DNA of 64,000 nucleotides, from assembly GCA_046346715.1 (NCBI GenBank), contig JAXMHO010000002.1, forward strand, positions 83,059-147,058, read 5' to 3'. Positions 44,662-55,488 of the stretch are shown in pieces; the first letter of the stretch is position 1, and the number at the start of each line of letters is the position of its first letter. The notes below the pieces were generated by a model. It made no database searches. It was not told where the DNA came from and saw nothing but the letters and a program-made list of their open reading frames with translations. The DNA comes from Verrucomicrobiota bacterium (GTDB taxonomy: Bacteria > Verrucomicrobiota > Verrucomicrobiia > Limisphaerales > CAIQOK01). The translations under genes were made by a program, and so were the position numbers.

Positions 44662-45330
44662 TTACTTACGACGACGAGCAATCAGCATCGCAGCCACGCC
44701 GAGACCGCCCAAGGCGAAGGTGGTGGGTTCCGGAACAGCGTTGACGCCGAACGGAACGAAACCAGAACCAGTCAAGCTGGTCGGGGTTCCGATGCTGTCA
44801 ACAGAAGCGTAGTTGAAGACCGAGCTCCAACCAACCGCCGCGCCGATGGACAGAGCGTTGGCCAAGGTGCCAGCCGTCTTGTCCCAGCCCACAACGTACA
44901 TCTTGTAGGACTGGCCAGAAGCCGTGTCCTTAACAGGGATGGAGCTGCCGCCACCGGTGGTGGTGTAAGCCCAGCCGCTATTCGCTGCAGTGGTCGGCTG
45001 AATGATGTTCTGGGTGTTATTATCCACCGCGAGCTTCCAGACGCCGCCCAAGTCAGCCTGAATGGCCAACCAAGGATTGGTCAGGTAGGTCGTCGCAGTG
45101 TTGGTGACAGTGCCACCAACCTGGATTCCAGAGAGCGCGGTAGTAGCCGAAGACGGCGCCCAAAGGATACCGATGTTGATGGTGTTGCCCAACTTAGGGA
45201 GACCACTGTTAGCAGGGGTAAAGATATCCCAAGCGCTACGAGCAGAACCCGCCAAGGAGAAGTATCCCTGAGCCATGGAGGAAATGCCGGTCAGCGCAAC
45301 GAGACCGATAGTGAGTAGTGTTTTTTTCAT
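44662..45330 (-). CDS. PEP-CTERM sorting-domain secreted protein
   Basis: 222 aa with a signal peptide. The C-terminus VPEPTTFALGGLGVAAMLIARRRK is a PEP-CTERM signal. The exosortase locus is about 6 kb away. Confidence 0.85.
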   Translation of the reverse strand: MKKTLLTIGLVALTGISSMAQGYFSLAGSARSAWDIFTPANSGLPKLGNTINIGILWAPSSATTALSGIQVGGTVTNTATTYLTNPWLAIQADLGGVWKLAVDNNTQNIIQPTTAANSGWAYTTTGGGSSIPVKDTASGQSYKMYVVGWDKTAGTLANALSIGAAVGWSSVFNYASVDSIGTPTSLTGSGFVPFGVNAVPEPTTFALGGLGVAAMLIARRRK

Positions 45331-45368
45331 TTGTTGTGTGTGTATGTTGTTAGTTGATGTTAGTCAGA

Positions 45369-46151
45369 TTATTGAACCGTGAAGCTGGAGTTCCAGGTCA
45401 CCGGAGCCGTGAAATGCCGGAGGAAGAAACCCTGACCGACCTTCTGCTTGCTGGAAGCGAGATTGCCGACAGAATCATACCAACCATTCACAGAGCCGGA
45501 GAGAACAAACCAGTTGTCAGCATCAGAACCAGTGAAATATTGGAAAATGCTGTAACCGACACCGGGATTGTAGATGTAAATGGTATCGTTGTTGTTACCG
45601 TTCACATCGGAAGTGCCAGGGAAGCCAATCGTGCTATCGATGTTGGTCGAGATCGGAGGAATGACAGAATAGGTGTCAAAGCCGGTCTTGATGGTGCGGC
45701 TGAAGTTACCCTGCGGAACCTGACCGACGATCGTGTTGGTGATCGCCGTGCCAGACGGGTTGTAGATGAAGGAGCCGGTGCCCTGCTTGAATTGAGCGCT
45801 GGCCAAGTTACCAACCGAGTCATACCAACCGTTCACAGAGCCGGAGAGCACGAACCAGTTGTCCGCATCAGCGCCAGTGAAGTATTGATAAATGTTGTAG
45901 GTGCTGCCAGTCCAGAGGTAAAGGGTGGTGTTTTGGACCGCGTTCACGTCAGACTTGAAACCACTGGCGAGCACGACGTTGATGTCGTTGTTCGCGCTGT
46001 TGGTCAACTGGTTCGCAACGAGGGCGTAGCCATTGGCCGGAACAGTGACGTTGTAGTAGCCGACCACGTTCGCAGAATAGACCTGCGCGCTGGCGGAAGC
46101 GATACCTGCGGCGAGAGCCACAGCCGATAGAATAGAGGTTTTTGTTCTCAT
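45369..46151 (-). CDS. secreted protein with an internal tandem duplication
   Basis: Track ORF runs to 46226; ATG 46151 gives signal peptide MRTKTSILSAVALAAGIASASA. Two modules share YQYFTGADADNWFVLSGSVNGWYDSVGNLAS / FQYFTGSDADNWFVLSGSVNGWYDSVGNLAS. Confidence 0.6.
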   Translation of the reverse strand: MRTKTSILSAVALAAGIASASAQVYSANVVGYYNVTVPANGYALVANQLTNSANNDINVVLASGFKSDVNAVQNTTLYLWTGSTYNIYQYFTGADADNWFVLSGSVNGWYDSVGNLASAQFKQGTGSFIYNPSGTAITNTIVGQVPQGNFSRTIKTGFDTYSVIPPISTNIDSTIGFPGTSDVNGNNNDTIYIYNPGVGYSIFQYFTGSDADNWFVLSGSVNGWYDSVGNLASSKQKVGQGFFLRHFTAPVTWNSSFTVQ

Positions 46152-46185
46152 GTTTTTTTGTTTATTTGTTGCCGTGTGTGTTCGC

Positions 46186-46214
46186 ACTATCTCAGAGGCC
46201 CCATGGAGCGTCAA
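46186..46214 (-). promoter_or_regulatory. candidate sigma-70-type promoter with an upstream A-tract
   Basis: The minus strand reads AAAAAAAAG-TTGACG-N17-GATAGT, about 35 nt upstream of ATG 46151. Confidence 0.35.
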
Positions 46215-46366
46215 CTTTTTTTTCAAAATTCTTTGAACGTTTTTCTACGGACCAGGCACCCGGGAGAACCCCCGGTTTGACAGGGGTTTTCTCATCGAAA
46301 CGCCCTTTGCCAAAAGCCGCCGGAAAGGTGAGGAATAGTACGGACATTTTGGCCTTAAAACCGGGT

Positions 46367-47992
46367 TCAATTTGCCGGCGAAACCGCGGGGGCCGGCGCC
46401 GGTTTTGCCCGGGTTCCCCGGCGCACGCCGAAGAGTTCCGGGATGCCGCGGGTGGTGTTCAGGCCGGCCGGGAAGTCAGGAGACGCCAGCCAATCCGCAA
46501 GAATATGTAACTCAAAGGCGGTAAGGCAGACACTGGAAGACTGCCGGATGAAGCGGATCTGGGCGGGTTCGCTCTGGATGGCGGTGGTGAGGCAGCGGCC
46601 CGGGAGGTTGGTCTTGGCGAGGAGCCAGTTCATGGGAACGCCGGCGGGAAGCTGGGACTTGTGCAGGACGGCGCGGAGGGTCTGCCCGATGTACAGCCAG
46701 GCCTCAACCCGCGGTCCGGTGAGCTCCCAGTCGTAATAAATGAGATTCGTCCGGCTCATTTGGAACAAAATGTCGGGGTGCGGACCGGGCTTGCCGAAGG
46801 GTGCGGGGAAGAATCCGCCCTGGATGTAACCGGGCTGGGAGCGCAGGTAAGGTCCAAGGAAGGGCATGCCGACCCAGTTGATGGCCTGGGTTTCCTCGGA
46901 CAGCTCCAGCCGGCCGGAGCGGTTGGTTTCCAACCAGGGCTGGACGGTGTGCATGAGGGTGTTGGTGATCTCGGACAGGCGGTTGGTGGCGTCGGCGACG
47001 GGAGCGGCAAAGAGGGTCTGCATGGGGACGCCGTAGCCGGACCAGATGAAAAACTGGTTGGGGGCGGTGCCGAGGGCGAGCTTGGCCCAGTCGGGGGAGG
47101 CGTTCAGCCCGGGGCCAAAGCCGCGAATGGCGGTGAAATTGTCCACATCGCCGCGGATGAGGTTGGTTGGGACCTGCCAGGGTTCGAGCTTCAAGGCCAG
47201 CGGCTGGGCGAAGTCCAAGGCCCCGCGAGACTGGATGTTTTGGCCGTCGCCATCGGTCTGGAGGGTGATTTTGGCCAGGTGGGCGGGGATTTTCCAGCCG
47301 AGCTGGAAGGCATCGGAGACTTTGACGAGGTCAATGTCGGTGTCGAGCCAGAATTCGGACGGGCTGGGCAGCGGGGTCTGGTTTTTGAGGATGCGGGCGA
47401 CGAAATCGCCGTGGAGGAGATTGGGCTGGCCGCCCCAGCCGAGGATGAGCCATTCACCGACGCGGGCGAGTTCAAGGTGGCGGGAGGCGATTTGCGCGTG
47501 CCAGGCGGGAGAAACGGCGGGTTTGGCCCCGGTCAACGATTCCACGACGACGGCGAGGTTGCTTTGCCAGAGACCGGCGCGGTCGGCGGGGAGCTGGATG
47601 GCGAAGGCGAGTTCGCCGGGAGCGTTGGTGGGCGCGCGGACTTCGAGATAGCTTTCGCGGTCGAGGCAATCCTCGATGAGAGGTTGCAGGAGCGGCGCGG
47701 CGGCGGCGTTGGTGGTGGCGACGCCGGGGATCAGCCGCCAGGGTGCGGTGGCGAGCCTGGCGATGAGCTGGGCTTTGAGCGCGGCGCTTTCCGGCTCATT
47801 GAACATGCGCAGCAAAGGCGCGGCGTTGGTGTCGGTGGCGAGCTGGTTTTTACCGATCCAATGGAGGTGGGCCACGGTCTGGTTCGCCAGGGAAAAAGCC
47901 AGCGGGCGTTTGTCAGAGTTGGCGGCAGGATTGCAGCCGCTGACCAGAATCAAGGCCAGGCACGCGACGAAGGTGAGACTCAGTTGTTTCAT
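46367..47992 (-). CDS. lipoprotein of unknown function
   Basis: ATG 47992 gives MKQLSLTFVACLALILVSGC (lipobox LVSGC). 541 aa with no recognised domain but normal protein-like composition. Confidence 0.6.
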   Translation of the reverse strand: MKQLSLTFVACLALILVSGCNPAANSDKRPLAFSLANQTVAHLHWIGKNQLATDTNAAPLLRMFNEPESAALKAQLIARLATAPWRLIPGVATTNAAAAPLLQPLIEDCLDRESYLEVRAPTNAPGELAFAIQLPADRAGLWQSNLAVVVESLTGAKPAVSPAWHAQIASRHLELARVGEWLILGWGGQPNLLHGDFVARILKNQTPLPSPSEFWLDTDIDLVKVSDAFQLGWKIPAHLAKITLQTDGDGQNIQSRGALDFAQPLALKLEPWQVPTNLIRGDVDNFTAIRGFGPGLNASPDWAKLALGTAPNQFFIWSGYGVPMQTLFAAPVADATNRLSEITNTLMHTVQPWLETNRSGRLELSEETQAINWVGMPFLGPYLRSQPGYIQGGFFPAPFGKPGPHPDILFQMSRTNLIYYDWELTGPRVEAWLYIGQTLRAVLHKSQLPAGVPMNWLLAKTNLPGRCLTTAIQSEPAQIRFIRQSSSVCLTAFELHILADWLASPDFPAGLNTTRGIPELFGVRRGTRAKPAPAPAVSPAN

Positions 47993-48093
47993 GATCGAGC
48001 CCCGATTTTTGCCATTAACCGGGGATTTTCGCAAACCGAAACCTTGCGGAGGACGGGTCCGGAGAACTCTGACGTAGGGAGCGCGGACAATTC

Positions 48094-48168
48094 CTCACGC
48101 CAAGGTCGCAAAGGTCGCAAAGCAGGAATCACCAAACATCGCTGCGTCCTTCGCGACCTTGGCGTGAG
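48094..48168. repeat. hairpin with perfect 16-bp arms built from CGCAAAGG units
   Basis: CTCACGCCAAGGTCGC(AAAGGTCGCAAAG)...GCGACCTTGGCGTGAG. It is followed at 48231-48256 by a REP-type GGCGT-CGCAGCA-ACGCC-GCCCTACC. Confidence 0.75.
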
Positions 48169-48274
48169 AACGTTGGGTTGTGGAAAGCATCTGGTTTGGC
48201 GGAATAAATTCCGCGCTCCGGGGGAAGATGGGCGTCGCAGCAACGCCGCCCTACCCATGACGGGCGCAAGACCT

Positions 48275-49245
<971 letters not shown>

Positions 49246-49249
<4 letters not shown>

Positions 49250-50643
49250 TTTGCTCCGGTTCCCAGCAGCACGACGGGGATGGTCTTGAGGAGAATTTTC
49301 AGATCGAGCCAGATGGACCAGTTGTCGATGTATTCCAAATCCAGCCGGACCCAGTCCTCGAACTTAGTGACCTCGTTGCGGCCGCTGACCTGCCAGAGAC
49401 AGGTGAGGCCGGGCTTCACGCTGAGGCGGCGGCGGTGCGAGCAGTCGTCAAAGCGCTTGACCTCGTATTCGGGCAATGGCCGCGGGCCCACGAGGCTCAT
49501 GTCGCCGCGGAAGACGTTGAAGAGCTGGGGAAACTCGTCGAGGCTGAACTTGCGGAGAATGCGTCCGATGGGCGTGACGCGCGGGTCCTTGGTGATCTTG
49601 AAGACCGGCCCGCTCATCTCGTTGAGCGCGGCCAGCTCATGCTTGCGCTGCTCGGCGTCGGTGACCATGGTGCGGAACTTGAACATGGTGAAGGGCCGGC
49701 CGTTGAGCCCGGAACGCTTCTGGCGGAAGAGGACGGGGCCCTTGCTGGTGAGCTTGATGAGGAGGGGGACGACAATGAAGATGGGCGTGGCGAGGAGCAT
49801 CAGGGTCAGCGCGCCGAAGAAATCGAGCGAGGACTTCGCCACGCTCTGCCAGGAGGCGTCCGGCGCGGTGCGGAAAACCATCACGGGGCGGCCGAGCAGC
49901 TCGTCGAAATGCATCCGGGAAATCTGCGTGCTGAAGAAGTCCGCCACGAGCCAGACCTCGACGCCCTCGCGTTCGCAGGCGCGGATGGCGGCCTCGACGT
50001 GCTCGAAGTAGGCGTGCTTGGCGCTGACAATGACGCCGTTGACGGAATGTTCGTGCAGGAGCTCGACCAGGTAGTCGACGGAAATCTCGCTCAGGTTCAA
50101 CTCGCCGGGGATTTCGATGCCCTCGTTGTTGCGCTGGGTGAATTCGCGGCGCATGCGGATCAGCTCATCCTCCGTGCCGACAATCAGGAAGCGGCGCTTG
50201 TTCAGCTCCCGGGAGAAGCGGCGCTTGTAAACTTCGCGGAAGAACTCCTCCTTGGCAAACATGAGGACGAGGCTGACCGCCGCAAACCACACCATGGCGC
50301 CGCGGGCGATCTGCGCCTCGGTGCGCCTGAGGAACATCAGCAGCACCAGTCCCACGGCGATGATGGTGCAGGTCTTGAACAGCTGCCAGAGGGTGGTCGC
50401 CCGCGAACAGAACAGGGGCCGCTTGTAAAAGCCCTGCGCCTCCAGGACAAACGGCGCGACGGGGATCACCACCATCATCATCCAGGCAAACCGCTGGAAC
50501 GGGTCGATGAGATTGAGGTCGAAGAGGTCGATGACCACCGGGTTGGACCGGAGCTGATAGGCCAGCCAGAAGCTGATGCCAAAGACAAACGCATCCATCA
50601 TCTGATGGATTTGCATGCGGACTTGCCGTTCTCGACGCAACAT
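49246..50643 (-). CDS. polyprenyl-phosphate glycosyl-1-phosphate transferase (WbaP/EpsB-type initiating sugar transferase)
   Basis: 465 aa. N-terminal TM helices and a C-terminal bacterial sugar transferase domain ([41 protein letters not shown]). Confidence 0.85.
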
Positions 50644-50720
50644 GATTGGGCAATGTGACGAACTGTTATCTTAAGCAAGCGCGCCGCCGGAAGCAATGCC
50701 GGCCGCGGCGCGTTTGGGAA

Positions 50721-51458
50721 TTACCGCCGGGCGACCGCGGCGGCCGCGGCGGGCGGATGTTGAAACTCGGGGACCGAGGCGGCGATGAGCTGGCTCAGAC
50801 GGTGGTAGGCCGCCTCCTCCTGTCCGGGAATGCACTCGGTGTAATAGCTGACGTAGGCCCAGCGCTGCAGGACGCCCTTGGTCAGCAGATCCCGCGACAG
50901 CCACCAGATGCGCTGCCAATGGTCGATGGTCTGCTCGTCGCGGGCGACAAACCAGAAGACGTAGATGGCGCTGTGGGTGAAGGTCTGGCCGGATTCGGTG
51001 CGGCCGGTGCGGGTGAGAAACCATTTGGCGACCGGCAGCCCGTAGGCCGACGCCGGATCCTTGATGGCAATGACGTCGTTGGTTTTCAGGTTGATGGTCA
51101 GGCCGTGGCCCGGCAGGCAATACTCGGGCTTGTGAATGCTCGTCCGGTCCTTGCCCATCATCACGATGTTGGCCTGCGCCCAGAAGTCCTTGGATTCCGA
51201 CCAGTAGACCCGGAGCGCAAAGCTGGTGTCCTTGGGCAGCATGTTGGTGGTCTCCGCCGACTGCGGGAGGTTGGTGGAAATGTAACCCGCCAACTGCGCC
51301 GGCAGGTCGATGGCCATGTCCACGCGGCCGGGAATCGGGGCCGCCTTGATGCCGGGCTGGCCGAGAACCTGGTGGGTTTTGACGTGAAAAATCGCCGCAC
51401 CGGCCAGGACCGTGAGCCCGACCGTGACGACCAGCAAAATCCATTTCTGACGGTTCAT
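50721..51458 (-). CDS. exosortase-associated EpsI-family protein
   Basis: 245 aa with a single N-terminal TM helix. The start overlaps the exosortase stop. Position and size match EpsI partners of exosortases. Confidence 0.6.
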   Translation of the reverse strand: MNRQKWILLVVTVGLTVLAGAAIFHVKTHQVLGQPGIKAAPIPGRVDMAIDLPAQLAGYISTNLPQSAETTNMLPKDTSFALRVYWSESKDFWAQANIVMMGKDRTSIHKPEYCLPGHGLTINLKTNDVIAIKDPASAYGLPVAKWFLTRTGRTESGQTFTHSAIYVFWFVARDEQTIDHWQRIWWLSRDLLTKGVLQRWAYVSYYTECIPGQEEAAYHRLSQLIAASVPEFQHPPAAAAAVARR

Positions 51459-52438
51459 GCGGGTTTGGGCGCGGCCGGCTGGGGTTTCTTTTCCTCGAGA
51501 TACTGGCCGAGATACATCAGGCCAAAGATGGCCGGCACGTAGGGCAGCAGGCTGAACAAGCCGCCGGGGCCGCCGTCATGGACGTAGTTGCCGGCTGCCT
51601 GGCCCCAGTTGTCCGCGGCGACAATGATGGTCAGCAGCCGCAAGACGTTGCCCGCCACGGCCAGCGGAATGATGGCGGCAAACATCACGCCGCGACGCCA
51701 CCATTGCTTGAAGAACAGGAACGCCCAGACGGTCGCCATCAATCCCACCGCCATCAGGCTGCGGATGCCGCTGCACGCCGCCGCGACTTCGTAGTGGTAC
51801 TTGTTCATCGGGTCCTTGAGCATCGTGCCCTCGCGGTTGATGTCGATGGAGAGAATCGTCTGCGAGATGCCCTCGGTGATCTGCGAGGCAACCAGGCGCA
51901 GCGGAAAGGTGACGGGTTCGATGAGCGTGGAAAAGGGAATCAGAAAGCCCATCAGGAAGAACGGGAAGAAAATCCGCTTCATCCATTCCCAGCCCCAGGC
52001 CATGCCCATCAGGCCGTAAATGCCGGTGAGCAGCGCGATGATGGAGAGGCGCGGCTGCTGGATGAAATACCCCGCCATGTGCAGCAGCAGCCCCGCGATG
52101 ACCAGCACCAGCCCGGGCGACCAAAGCTTCGGCGGCCGCTCCAGCAGCTCCTTTTGCTTCCACCAGATCAGTCCCAGCACCAGCAAGGGCACCCAAAGCC
52201 CGATGCTGTCGTCCTGCAGATGCCCATCCGGGTCGCGAGCCAGGTAGGAGTTGAGCATCCAGCGAAAGAGCGACGGCGTGTCCACGTAGCCGAGGGTGGC
52301 GTTGCCGAAGAAGTGGAACAGGACGAGCCAGCACGCCAGCAGGGCGAAGAAAAACCCCTTGTTGGGCAGGCGCTGCCAGAATTCGACGAACTCCGTCTGA
52401 AACTGGTCCAATACGCCAACTGTGTCGCGGTCATCCAT
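51455..52438 (-). CDS. exosortase (EpsH/Xrt family)
   Basis: 327-aa multipass membrane protein. AAACSGIRSLMAVGL contains the conserved Cys. Confidence 0.8.
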   Translation of the reverse strand: MDDRDTVGVLDQFQTEFVEFWQRLPNKGFFFALLACWLVLFHFFGNATLGYVDTPSLFRWMLNSYLARDPDGHLQDDSIGLWVPLLVLGLIWWKQKELLERPPKLWSPGLVLVIAGLLLHMAGYFIQQPRLSIIALLTGIYGLMGMAWGWEWMKRIFFPFFLMGFLIPFSTLIEPVTFPLRLVASQITEGISQTILSIDINREGTMLKDPMNKYHYEVAAACSGIRSLMAVGLMATVWAFLFFKQWWRRGVMFAAIIPLAVAGNVLRLLTIIVAADNWGQAAGNYVHDGGPGGLFSLLPYVPAIFGLMYLGQYLEEKKPQPAAPKPA

Positions 52439-52550
52439 GAATGCTTTATTTCAGGCTCATTGGATAGCGCATGCCGGCCGGGCGCTCAATCAAATTTCCC
52501 CGTGAAACATACCGACCGTCCGGGGAAAACTCCGGAGCGGCCGCGCGGCG

Positions 52551-53432
52551 TCATTCCGCCGAACCGTCGGCATCGTCGTCCTCCTCCTCGATTTCATGCC
52601 GCATGCGGCGGGAAATGCGGGGCCGGATGAATCCATAGATGAGATACGCCGTGAACAGCGCGGGCAGCACGTAATAGAGAATTTTTTCACGCAGCACGAG
52701 GATCAGCCCGAGGAACATCGCCCCGCAGATGGCCTTGGCAAAGGTGCTGGTCGAACGCAGACCGAGCGACTTGAAGGTCGGATAACGCACGGTGCTGACC
52801 ATCATCGCCGAGAGGAACAGCAGCACCACCACCAGCAGGTAGTTCCACTTGCCCAGCGGCTTGTCCTTCTCGTTGAGCTCGATGATCAGCAGCGTCAAGG
52901 AGGCCACCAGGCCCGCCGCCGAGGGGATGGGAAAGCCCAGGAACTCCTTGCCGCCGCCCGTGCCGGCCATCGTTGCGAGACAGTTGAACCGCGCCAGCCG
53001 AAACGCGCCGCACAGGAGATACATCGAGGCAATGAACCAGCCCCACTCGGGACGGTCGCCGAAGGGCGTGTTCAAAAAGACGTCATGCAGCACGACGCGA
53101 TGCACCAGAAACGCCGGGGCCACGCCAAAGGAAACCAGGTCGGCCAGCGAATCGAACTCGCGGCCGAACGGACTTTCGCAGCCGACCATGCGGGCGACGC
53201 GGCCGTCGAACAAGTCAAAGATGCAGGCCAGCAGGATGAATCCCAGCGCGAGCTTGATCGGCGCCCAGATCACGGTTCCTTCCGGCGTGGGCGTGAGGTC
53301 GGCCTCCACGATCTTGGTCAGCGCCACAAAGCCGCAGAAGAGATTGCCGGCGGTGAAAAGGTTCGGCAGAAAATAAATCTTCAGCTTCTCCTCGGTTCCG
53401 GCGGATGGCTTCGGCTGGACGGGCGAAGACAT
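52551..53432 (-). CDS. pssA: CDP-diacylglycerol--serine O-phosphatidyltransferase
   Basis: 293 aa. NLFTAGNLFCGF, DLFDGRVARMVGCESPFGREFDSLADLVSFGVAP. Confidence 0.85.
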   Translation of the reverse strand: MSSPVQPKPSAGTEEKLKIYFLPNLFTAGNLFCGFVALTKIVEADLTPTPEGTVIWAPIKLALGFILLACIFDLFDGRVARMVGCESPFGREFDSLADLVSFGVAPAFLVHRVVLHDVFLNTPFGDRPEWGWFIASMYLLCGAFRLARFNCLATMAGTGGGKEFLGFPIPSAAGLVASLTLLIIELNEKDKPLGKWNYLLVVVLLFLSAMMVSTVRYPTFKSLGLRSTSTFAKAICGAMFLGLILVLREKILYYVLPALFTAYLIYGFIRPRISRRMRHEIEEEDDDADGSAE

Positions 53433-53438
53433 AAAACT

Positions 53439-54158
53439 TCAATCCAGGATGGCCAGCACGGTTTCGCCGCCGACCACGCGGTCGCCGAGCTTGATTTTGA
53501 TCTGCGCCGAACGCGGCAGATAGACATCCACCCGCGAGCCGAACTGAATCAGGCTGATGCGGTCGCCGCGGGAGACTTCGGCCCCCGTCTCGACCCAGGG
53601 GACGATGCGCCGCGCAATCAGGCCGGCGATGAGCCGGATGCCGACCTTGGTGTCGCGGGGCTCATTGGCGTTGAAGCCGATCAGGACGTTCTCGTTGTTC
53701 GTCGCGCATTCGGTCTTCATCGCGTTCATGAACTGGCCCTCGGTGTATTTGAAATAGCCGACCCGGCCGCCAACCGGCGCGTTCTGCACATGGACGTCGA
53801 AGACCGACAGGAAGATGGAGATGCGCTGGCATTCGCCGCCCATGAAGGCGGGCTCCACGGTGGTGTCGATCACGTCCACCTTGCCGTGCCCCGGCGACAC
53901 CACGGCGTTTCGTTCCGCGGGAACCTTCGCCGTTGGATCACGGAAGAAGTAGAGGGTGAACAGCGCAAACAAAACCCAGACGCCGAACAGCGCAAATGAA
54001 ATCATCACCATCGCGCCGCCAATGAGCGTGGCCAGCAATCCGGCCAGCGGCACAAACATCACCAAAACCAAGGTGATGATGATCATCTTGAACGCCGCTT
54101 TTCTTGCCTTGCCTGAGTTAACCATCCGCCCAAGGTAGGGAAAACGCCGCCGGTTCAA
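53439..54158 (-). CDS. psd: phosphatidylserine decarboxylase (short form)
   Basis: 239 aa. GHGKVDVI, FLSVFDVHVQNAPVGG, self-cleavage-type FGSRVDVYLP. Adjacent to pssA. Confidence 0.85.
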   Translation of the reverse strand: MNRRRFPYLGRMVNSGKARKAAFKMIIITLVLVMFVPLAGLLATLIGGAMVMISFALFGVWVLFALFTLYFFRDPTAKVPAERNAVVSPGHGKVDVIDTTVEPAFMGGECQRISIFLSVFDVHVQNAPVGGRVGYFKYTEGQFMNAMKTECATNNENVLIGFNANEPRDTKVGIRLIAGLIARRIVPWVETGAEVSRGDRISLIQFGSRVDVYLPRSAQIKIKLGDRVVGGETVLAILD

Positions 54159-54185
54159 AGCGTAAAATGCGGCGGACGGACGACG

Positions 54186-55424
54186 TCAGCGCAGCCGCTT
54201 CGCCAGATAAGCGTTCATCGCGGAGAGAATTTCCGGATCCAGCGTCACCTTGTGTCCGCGCGGCTCGCGGTCCATGAAAAACTGCTCGTCGCCGCCCAGC
54301 TCGGCGAGCCGCTGGCGCAGCACCTTCATCTGATGCAGCGCGTCCGGGGATTCGGTGCAGTTGATGGTGAGGAACAACGGAATGGTCGCGTTGGTCAGAT
54401 AATCCAGCGCGCCATGACGCCGCCACGTTTCGAGGCTGGTCCCCCGTTCGCCCCAGGCCTTCGCATAGCGCGGCAGCATCTTGTCCTCGGGCAGCAGGTT
54501 CAGGTAGGTGAAGCGTCCCGACATCACCACCGCGCCCTGGACTTCGCTGCTGATGCCGGGGTGTTCACCCGACGACTCGAACGCCGGCTGGCCGGCGGTG
54601 GCCACCAGCATCAAGGCCATGCCGCTGCCCCGTGAAAAACCCACCGGCGCAATTTTGCCGTTCAAGCCAAGTGCCGCGCTCTCCGCGCGCAGCGTGCGCA
54701 CCGCCGCCTTGATTTTCTCCGCGCAGTCCGGCATCGGGTCCAGCCCCTTGTACGGCGCGGCCACCGGATGATCGGCCATCGCCACGGCGAACCCCTCCGT
54801 CGCCAGGGCGTCCAGCAGCGTGTCGCTGCAAATGGAAAGCGAGGTGTTGCCGAAGCGGTTTTGGTTGTCGCAGGAGAACTCGAGGACCGCGCCGACGGGT
54901 CGTGATGGCTTGGCGGGATAAATGATGTCCATCGCCAGGGTGCGGTTGGTCACGGTGAAAAACGTCACGTCGCGCTTCAACCGGCAGCCTTCCGGCACAA
55001 TGAACAGATGCGCGTCATCGAGCGGGTACTGGCCGAGGAACTTTTTCGCCCGGAGATCGTCGCGGAGTTTGCCGAGGTCGCGGTTGATGAACGGCACGCG
55101 CGCCTGCGGATGCCCGGCAAAGTCGATCGTCACCACCAGATAGCCCGCCGCCTGAAAGTCGCGGAGGATGACATCGTTGGACTCGGTTCCCGTCCGCGGC
55201 GCGGCGAGGTTGAGAAGATAAAAGACCGCGGGCCGAGGCTGGTTGGTGTTCGTTGCGGCGGGAGCAAGAACGTGGACGGCCAGGGCTTTTTCGCCGGTGA
55301 CGCCGCGCCATTCGACGGGAGCCACCTGCGCCGATGATGTGAAGGCCGCCAGCAAGGCGAACAGGGCAGCGAAGTGTCTGCACCGTTTGAACAGAGAAAC
55401 TTGGCTGGGGTGCTGGATGTGCAT
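54186..55424 (-). CDS. secreted alpha/beta hydrolase (esterase-like)
   Basis: Track ORF runs to 55463; ATG 55424 precedes a signal-like segment FAALFALLAAFTSSAQ. GFSRGSG nucleophile elbow. Confidence 0.55.
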   Translation of the reverse strand: MHIQHPSQVSLFKRCRHFAALFALLAAFTSSAQVAPVEWRGVTGEKALAVHVLAPAATNTNQPRPAVFYLLNLAAPRTGTESNDVILRDFQAAGYLVVTIDFAGHPQARVPFINRDLGKLRDDLRAKKFLGQYPLDDAHLFIVPEGCRLKRDVTFFTVTNRTLAMDIIYPAKPSRPVGAVLEFSCDNQNRFGNTSLSICSDTLLDALATEGFAVAMADHPVAAPYKGLDPMPDCAEKIKAAVRTLRAESAALGLNGKIAPVGFSRGSGMALMLVATAGQPAFESSGEHPGISSEVQGAVVMSGRFTYLNLLPEDKMLPRYAKAWGERGTSLETWRRHGALDYLTNATIPLFLTINCTESPDALHQMKVLRQRLAELGGDEQFFMDREPRGHKVTLDPEILSAMNAYLAKRLR

Positions 55425-55488
55425 GTCAGTTGATAAGTAGCGGCTTGTTGCTGGCGGCATCATGGATTATCTACCATTCCAGCACGCC

